A stretch of DNA of 64,000 nt from Bacteroidales bacterium (GTDB taxonomy: Bacteria > Bacteroidota > Bacteroidia > Bacteroidales > FEN-979), in assembly GCA_025355465.1 (NCBI GenBank), contig JANXZO010000046.1:666-64665 (forward strand), in the 5' to 3' direction. The position numbers were made by a program, and so were the translations under genes. Shown piece after piece: positions 59,401 through 64,000 of this stretch. The notes under the pieces are model-generated. The model saw nothing but the letters and a program-made list of their open reading frames with translations. It did not search any database and was not told the DNA's origin. How positions within the stretch are numbered: position 1 is the stretch's first letter; each line of letters opens with the position of its first letter.

Positions 59401-59898
59401 CTCGGACTGGCGAAAAATCAGAATCCGCTGCAGGGCGCCTTCATCATTGAAGAGTTGACCGACCTTGTAGAGGAGGCCGTAATGCTGGAATTTGAAAGGA
59501 TTTCCGAACGCGGAGGCGTGCTGGGCGCCATGGAAACCATGTATCAGCGCAGTCGTATCCAGGAGGAGTCACTTTACTATGAATCCCTGAAAAACAGCGG
59601 AAAACTGCCAATCATGGGGGTAAATACTTTCCTGTCGAGCAAAGGCTCCCCGACCATAACACCCGGGGAGGTGATCAGGGCAACGGAGGAGGAGAAGCAG
59701 TACCAGATTACGATGTTGGAACAGTTGCACGAAACCAACAAGGAGATGTCGGCGGTGATGCTTTCCAATCTGAAAACCGCTGCAACGCAAAATAATAATA
59801 TCTTTGAAAGCCTTATGGAGGCCGCCAAATACTGTTCGATTGGTCAGATCACCGATGCCCTTTTTGAAGTAGGCGGACAGTATCGCAGGAACATGTAA
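56482..59898 (+). CDS. icmF: Fused isobutyryl-CoA mutase / MeaB-like GTPase (B12-dependent)
   Basis: B12 domain FDGHDA; GTPase [20 protein letters not shown]; mutase RMFAGEG and KEDQAQN (Phe and Gln where methylmalonyl-CoA mutase has Tyr and Arg). Confidence 0.93.
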   Translation: MNIPEPYKPKNHIRIVTAASLFDGHDAAINIMRRILQASGAEVIHLGHNRSVQEVVDCAIQEDAQAIAITSYQGGHNEYFKYMYDLLNERGAGHIRIFGGGGGVILPDEISDLHAYGITRIYSPDDGREMSLQGMINDLLERCDFPVGLLPAEPREDLTLQVSSVNEIANLISAAENFPEQARLLLDKISLEAEKKRIPVLGITGTGGAGKSSLVDELVRRYLHDLPGKTMAIISVDPTKRKTGGALLGDRIRMNAIFNPRVYMRSLATRQSNLALSKYVKDAINIVKAAGFDLVIVETSGIGQSDTEIVDHSDVTLYVMTPEYGAASQLEKIDMLDWADLVAINKFDKRGALDALRDVKKQYQRNQKLFDLPVEKMPVYGTVASQFNDPGVNELYRELIRKVEAKTGASFSSKYAGGMEMVEKIYIIPPSRTRYLAEIAEGVRSYNLWTESQGQVAQRLYSIVQTIQTLQSEAEGKNSNKLPDQGQKTGMLSELEMLYERTLKELDPANHDIIRNWNGKVKSYTDDHYVYKVRNKELCIETHTESLSRLKIPKISMPRYEAWGDVLRWNLRENVPGEFPYAAGVFPFKREGEDPTRMFAGEGGPERTNKRFHYVSLGMPFVRLSTAYDSVTLYGFDPGMRPDIYGKIGNAGVSIACLDDAKKLYSGFDLVNSNTSVSMTINGPAPTMVGYFMNAAIDQQCELYIRQNGLEAEVEKKIKAIYKKAGTRRPAYQGELPRGNNGLGLMLLGITGDQVLPKEVYAKIKCETLANVRGTVQADILKEDQAQNTCIFSIDFALKMMGDIQSYFIENNVRNFYSVSISGYHIAEAGANPISQLAFTLANGFTYVEYYVSRGMDVNKFAPNLSFFFSNGIDPEYAVIGRVARLIWAKAMKYKYKADARSQMLKYHIQTSGRSLHAQEIDFNDIRTTLQALYAIYDNCNSLHTNAYDEAITTPTEESVRRAMAIQMIINHELGLAKNQNPLQGAFIIEELTDLVEEAVMLEFERISERGGVLGAMETMYQRSRIQEESLYYESLKNSGKLPIMGVNTFLSSKGSPTITPGEVIRATEEEKQYQITMLEQLHETNKEMSAVMLSNLKTAATQNNNIFESLMEAAKYCSIGQITDALFEVGGQYRRNM

Positions 59899-59917
59899 AA
59901 ACCCAAAAATCCGTCGT

Positions 59918-60994
59918 ATGAACCCGTTTAATATTTTGGTTGTAAATCCCAAAGATCAGCTCACGCAGATTGCCGTTTACCAGAATTACAAGGTGCTTTA
60001 TATGATCAGTCGCCGGCACAGTGAACAGGAATTATCTGCCTTTCCGACAATTTATGACCAGGTGAACTTTCGCAAAGACATCGTGATGCGGGAGCTGAAA
60101 AACAATGATTTTTCACTGGCGGAACTCACCATCGTAATCTCGCGTGGCGGATTGATCAAACCGGTACAGTCGGGTGTGATCGCGGTGAATGAACTGTTGA
60201 AACAAGACTTGATTCACAGTCCGGTCGGAGAAGATATCATCAATATTGCGGGTCTTCTGGCGGATGCCATTGCCAGCGAAGTTCCCGGAGCGCAAGCCAT
60301 GATTGCAGATCCTACCGTGGTTGATGAATTGCAGGATGTTGCCCGGATCACCGGCTCACCAGACCTGAAGCGCAAATCAATATTCCATGCCTTGAACCAG
60401 AAGGCCGTAGCAAAGATGCATGCCGAAACCCACAAGAAGAAATATGAGGAGATGAACCTCATCATTGCCCACATGGGAAATGGAACCACGGTTGGAGCGC
60501 ATCGTAAAGGACGTGTCATCGATGTAAACCAGGGATTCGAAGGCGATGGCCCTTTTTCCATGGTGAGGAGCGGTACACTTCCGCTGGGAGATGTTGTGAA
60601 GCTTTGTTACGGCGGCACAAAGACCCTGGATGAAATGCTGTGCCTGCTCACCCATTGTGCCGGCGTAAATGCCCACCTGGGAACGATGGACATCAGCGAA
60701 ATTGAGTACCGCATTTATCATGGAGATACCCATGCACGGCTGATCATGGAGGCGATGGCTTACCAGGTTTCGAAAAGCATCGGCGAAATGTTCGCTGTAC
60801 TTAAAGGTGATGTCGAGGCGATCCTCATCACCGGCGACCTAGCGCACAGCCAGTTTGTGGTCAGGTATATTATTGAACATGTTGAAAAATTTGCTCCCAT
60901 CTTTATCTATGCCGGCGACAACGAAATTCAGGCAATGGCTACCAATGCGCTACGTGTGCTGAAAGGTGAGATGGAGGTGCAGGATTATAAATAA
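59918..60994 (+). CDS. buk: Butyrate kinase-family protein with degenerate ATP-binding motifs
   Basis: RGGLIKP, DPTVVDE and HALNQKA are retained, but NPKDQLTQ replaces NPGSTSTK. Confidence 0.8.
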   Translation: MNPFNILVVNPKDQLTQIAVYQNYKVLYMISRRHSEQELSAFPTIYDQVNFRKDIVMRELKNNDFSLAELTIVISRGGLIKPVQSGVIAVNELLKQDLIHSPVGEDIINIAGLLADAIASEVPGAQAMIADPTVVDELQDVARITGSPDLKRKSIFHALNQKAVAKMHAETHKKKYEEMNLIIAHMGNGTTVGAHRKGRVIDVNQGFEGDGPFSMVRSGTLPLGDVVKLCYGGTKTLDEMLCLLTHCAGVNAHLGTMDISEIEYRIYHGDTHARLIMEAMAYQVSKSIGEMFAVLKGDVEAILITGDLAHSQFVVRYIIEHVEKFAPIFIYAGDNEIQAMATNALRVLKGEMEVQDYK

Positions 60995-61023
60995 CGAACC
61001 GGAGCGAAGCGGAGTTCGGCGGA

Positions 61024-61055
61024 GCCAAATGGCGAAATAGTGAAATAGCGAAATG
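61024..61055 (+). repeat. Imperfect 8-bp tandem repeat ending in the next start codon
   Basis: GCCAAATG GCGAAATA GTGAAATA GCGAAATG. Confidence 0.65.
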
Positions 61056-61892
61056 AAATTATATCCGATTAATACAGGAAACCTGAAGCTTGACGGGGGG
61101 GCCATGTTTGGCGTAGTACCCAAGGTGATGTGGAGCAAACTTTATCCCTGCGATGAAAACAACCTTTGCAACTGGTCGATGCGGTGTCTGCTTATTGTTG
61201 ACGGAGATCGAAAGATCCTGATCGATTGCGGTATTGGAAACAAGCAGCAGGAAAAATTTCTGGCCAACTATTACCTTAACGGGGATGACACCCTCGAAAA
61301 ATCATTGGATAAACAAGGGTTTACGACCGATGACATTACCGATGTGATCCTTACTCACCTGCACTTTGACCATGCCGGCGGCGCTATCCGGTGGAATACC
61401 GACCGGACGGGATTTGAACCGGCCTTTAAAAACGCAGACTACTACACCAGCCGGCAACAGTGGGAGTGGGGGACAAGCCCCAACAACCGTGAAAAGGCCT
61501 CGTTTTTGAAGGAAAATATCCTGCCTATCAAGGAGAGCGGACGTCTCCATCTTATCGAAACCGACACCGAACTTTTCCCGAACATCTTCGTAAGGCTTTT
61601 CAATGGCCATACCGATGGTCAGGTTATCCCCTTCATCCGCTTCGGAGACAAGACCGTTGTTTACATGGCCGACCTGCTCCCGTCTGCAGCCCACATCCCG
61701 CTTCCCTACGTGATGAGCTATGACACCCGTCCGCTGATCACACTGACTGAGAAAGAGGCATTCATGGCTGAAGCAGCAGAGAAGGGATATATTCTCTTTT
61801 TTGAGCACGACATCCAGCATGAATGCTGCACAGTGCACGCAACAGAAAAAGGTGTAAGGCTGAAAGAGACCTTTGCGCTGGCCTCGGTTTAA
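61053..61892 (+). CDS. MBL-fold metallo-hydrolase (YtnP-like)
   Basis: LDGGAMFGVVPK, THLHFDHAGG, GHT, ADL, FEHD. Confidence 0.92.
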   Translation: MKLYPINTGNLKLDGGAMFGVVPKVMWSKLYPCDENNLCNWSMRCLLIVDGDRKILIDCGIGNKQQEKFLANYYLNGDDTLEKSLDKQGFTTDDITDVILTHLHFDHAGGAIRWNTDRTGFEPAFKNADYYTSRQQWEWGTSPNNREKASFLKENILPIKESGRLHLIETDTELFPNIFVRLFNGHTDGQVIPFIRFGDKTVVYMADLLPSAAHIPLPYVMSYDTRPLITLTEKEAFMAEAAEKGYILFFEHDIQHECCTVHATEKGVRLKETFALASV

Positions 61893-61898
61893 TTCTCC

Positions 61899-62846
61899 AT
61901 GTTGACGAAGATCCTTGCATTGAGATTCATGCAGCTGTACCGGAGTTCCGGGGACGTAGGAATTTTCAGGGCACTTTTCGTTCTTCTCCTTATCCTTCCG
62001 CTGCTAATCCTCTTTCTGATCCAACGGATCGGAATTCATCCCTGGCCAATGGTTGTGCCTTCTGTAGCCGGGCTTATTATCTGGGTGATACACAGTCGTC
62101 GCAAAGATTACAAATTCCTGAAATCTTTGATAAAGCACACCCGGGTACTCTTTTTTACAGAGTACCTCATTTTTACCTCTCCTCTGATTATTCTCATGCT
62201 ATCAAAAGGACTTGTTTATCAGACATTGGCTTTCTCTTTACTGCTGGCTTTAATAGCCATTGCCGCTCCAACAGCCACAACCCTTACTTCGCATACTATA
62301 AAACTCCGCATGATCCCTGTGGGAATGTTTGAATGGCAAAGCGGAATCCGCAAAAACCTTGGTGCTTTTGTTGTGTTTTATTTTGCCGGACTTTTTGGCT
62401 TTTTTCATCCTCTATTTTCGGCGGTTGCTGCCCTGTTGATTACTGCGTTATTCATCTCATTTTATTCTGAGTATGAACCCAGAAATATGATTTGTGCAAC
62501 CAGATATACAAGCAGGGAGTTTCTGCTGCTGAAACTGGCCACACATGCAGGATACTTTGCTCTCATTCTGATGCCATTACTCTTCATTGCATTGATCCAT
62601 CCCGGTTACCGGCTCATAACGTTGGGTTATTTTCTTGCCGCAATAAACCTCATGGTGTTTTCAATTTTGCTGAAATATTACCATTACCGTCCCGGTGCCT
62701 ATTCCGGCGCACACCAGCTATTGGTGACCCTTGCTGCCATGGTTTGTGTATTGCTTCCCATGGCATTGCTGATATTTGTGCTTAACCTTTTCCTGGCCTT
62801 CGGTGCACTGGCAAATCTAAAACGCTTCCTGGATGATCGCAATTGA
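61899..62846 (+). CDS. Multi-pass membrane protein, probable ABC permease
   Basis: About 10 hydrophobic segments; overlaps the downstream ABC ATPase. Confidence 0.7.
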   Translation: MLTKILALRFMQLYRSSGDVGIFRALFVLLLILPLLILFLIQRIGIHPWPMVVPSVAGLIIWVIHSRRKDYKFLKSLIKHTRVLFFTEYLIFTSPLIILMLSKGLVYQTLAFSLLLALIAIAAPTATTLTSHTIKLRMIPVGMFEWQSGIRKNLGAFVVFYFAGLFGFFHPLFSAVAALLITALFISFYSEYEPRNMICATRYTSREFLLLKLATHAGYFALILMPLLFIALIHPGYRLITLGYFLAAINLMVFSILLKYYHYRPGAYSGAHQLLVTLAAMVCVLLPMALLIFVLNLFLAFGALANLKRFLDDRN

Positions 62847-63519
62847 AAATGTTAGTGTAGCCTACGGCGACAAACTGGTGATAGATGATCTCAGTCTGAT
62901 TCTGCCGGATGGGCAAATACATGGACTTGTCGGGATGAACGGTGCGGGTAAAACCACCCTCCTGAATGCCATGGCGGGTTATGTAAAGCCGCTCCGGGGT
63001 TCAGTCTTTATGAACGGACAGCCGTTGCAAAGAATGGATCTCTCATTCCTTGAAACAGAGAATTTTTTCTACAGTCACATTACAGGACGCGAATACCTGG
63101 GGTTATTCACAGGGCCCGCCGGATCTCCCGGTCCCGATGAATGGAACCAGATGTTCCGGCTACCCCTTGACCAGATCATAGATGGTTATTCAAGTGGTAT
63201 GAAGAAAAAACTTGCCCTTGCCGGCGTGCTCATGCAGGACAAACAACTTGTCATACTCGATGAACCATTTAACGGACTTGATCTTGAATCATCACGACTG
63301 CTTAGCATGATCATTACAAAATTGAAAGAACGGGGTAAGACATTGCTGATCACCTCCCACATCCTGGAGTCGCTTACCGGGCTGTGCGATTATATTCATC
63401 TTATCGGAAACGGACGGATAAGGGTCAGCAGAGAGAGGGGAGATTTCGGCAACCTCGAGCAGGATATCTTCAGGGATATTGATCCCGGTTATGCCGACAT
63501 GGTCAGCAAACTTCTTTAA
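62833..63519 (+). CDS. ABC transporter ATP-binding protein
   Basis: GMNGAGKTT, YSSGMKKK, ILDEPFNGLD, TSH. Confidence 0.92.
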   Translation: MIAIENVSVAYGDKLVIDDLSLILPDGQIHGLVGMNGAGKTTLLNAMAGYVKPLRGSVFMNGQPLQRMDLSFLETENFFYSHITGREYLGLFTGPAGSPGPDEWNQMFRLPLDQIIDGYSSGMKKKLALAGVLMQDKQLVILDEPFNGLDLESSRLLSMIITKLKERGKTLLITSHILESLTGLCDYIHLIGNGRIRVSRERGDFGNLEQDIFRDIDPGYADMVSKLL

Positions 63520-63591
63520 CTGACAAGGCTTGAGTTGTTTAATCCCCACCCGGGTTGACAAGGCCCTCCTTTTTGTTGTACATTAGCCGGA

Positions 63592-64000
63592 ATGAACCCT
63601 AACCCAATTTCAGAATTACTCAGGAAGCTCGATGAGCTGAAGAGTAAACAGGAGAGATTTCAGGAGGAGATCCGTGCTCTTCAAAATGAAATCAGGAATC
63701 TGCAGGAGAAGGCATCAACACCGGAAATAGCCCCATCACCGGTGCCTGTTAAACCAAAGTCGCCAGCTCACGAAGAGGAGACAGAGCCGGATGTCAGGAG
63801 GAACCTGGAAAAATTTATTGGTGAAAACCTGCTCAATAAGATCGGGATCATCATTCTCGTAATAGGTGTAGGGATAGGCGCCAAGTATGCGATCGACCAT
63901 AATCTCATCAGCCCGGGGACGCGGATAATCCTGGGTTATATTCTGGGATTGGGATTGTTTGGAATTGCCTTCCGACTGCGCAAAGAGTATGAAAATTTCA
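63592..64000 (+). CDS. DUF2339-type membrane protein (partial; runs off the window)
   Basis: Manual translation: MNPNPISELLRKLDELK (coiled coil)...LEKFIGENLLNKIGIIILVIGVGIGAKYAIDHNLI. Confidence 0.8.
   Translation, partial: MNPNPISELLRKLDELKSKQERFQEEIRALQNEIRNLQEKASTPEIAPSPVPVKPKSPAHEEETEPDVRRNLEKFIGENLLNKIGIIILVIGVGIGAKYAIDHNLISPGTRIILGYILGLGLFGIAFRLRKEYENF

Noticed and set aside
63521-63564. TGACAAGGC direct repeat in an intergenic region
   Set aside because: Only two 9-nt copies with no supporting context; could be chance.

Overview
This is a 64-kb chromosomal segment from a Bacteroidota bacterium, probably an environmental, anaerobic Bacteroidales. The evidence is recurring TAnnTTTG -7 promoter boxes, a T9SS C-terminal-domain protein, a PorT-like barrel, a Bacteroides-type EF-G2 and lipoproteins with export-type signals. 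From left to right: (1) an AT-rich C-R-M type II restriction-modification cassette that runs off the left edge. (2) A ~22-kb co-oriented uncharacterised cluster (4596-26571) with six PQQ-like beta-propeller proteins, an NHL propeller, a Tat-type polyferredoxin, a NapH-like membrane Fe-S protein, a fused NuoE/NuoF (HydC/HydB-like) flavo-Fe-S protein, an StnC/GltD-like Fe-S flavoprotein, a GT4 glycosyltransferase and a LolD/FtsX-type ABC system; a decayed type III R-M islet (Res::Mod chimera) interrupts it. (3) Housekeeping and envelope genes, including two EF-G paralogues outside the str operon. (4) A kbl / acpS-acetate ligase-ACP-kbl2-satP cluster that looks like a carrier-protein-dependent acetate + glycine pathway. 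(5) A short-chain acyl-CoA region with a Pat-like protein, acyl-CoA dehydrogenase, IcmF and a degenerate butyrate kinase. Several genes carry internal deletions. I saw no rRNA, tRNA, CRISPR array or intact transposase. All product calls come from motif recognition by eye, with no database searches.
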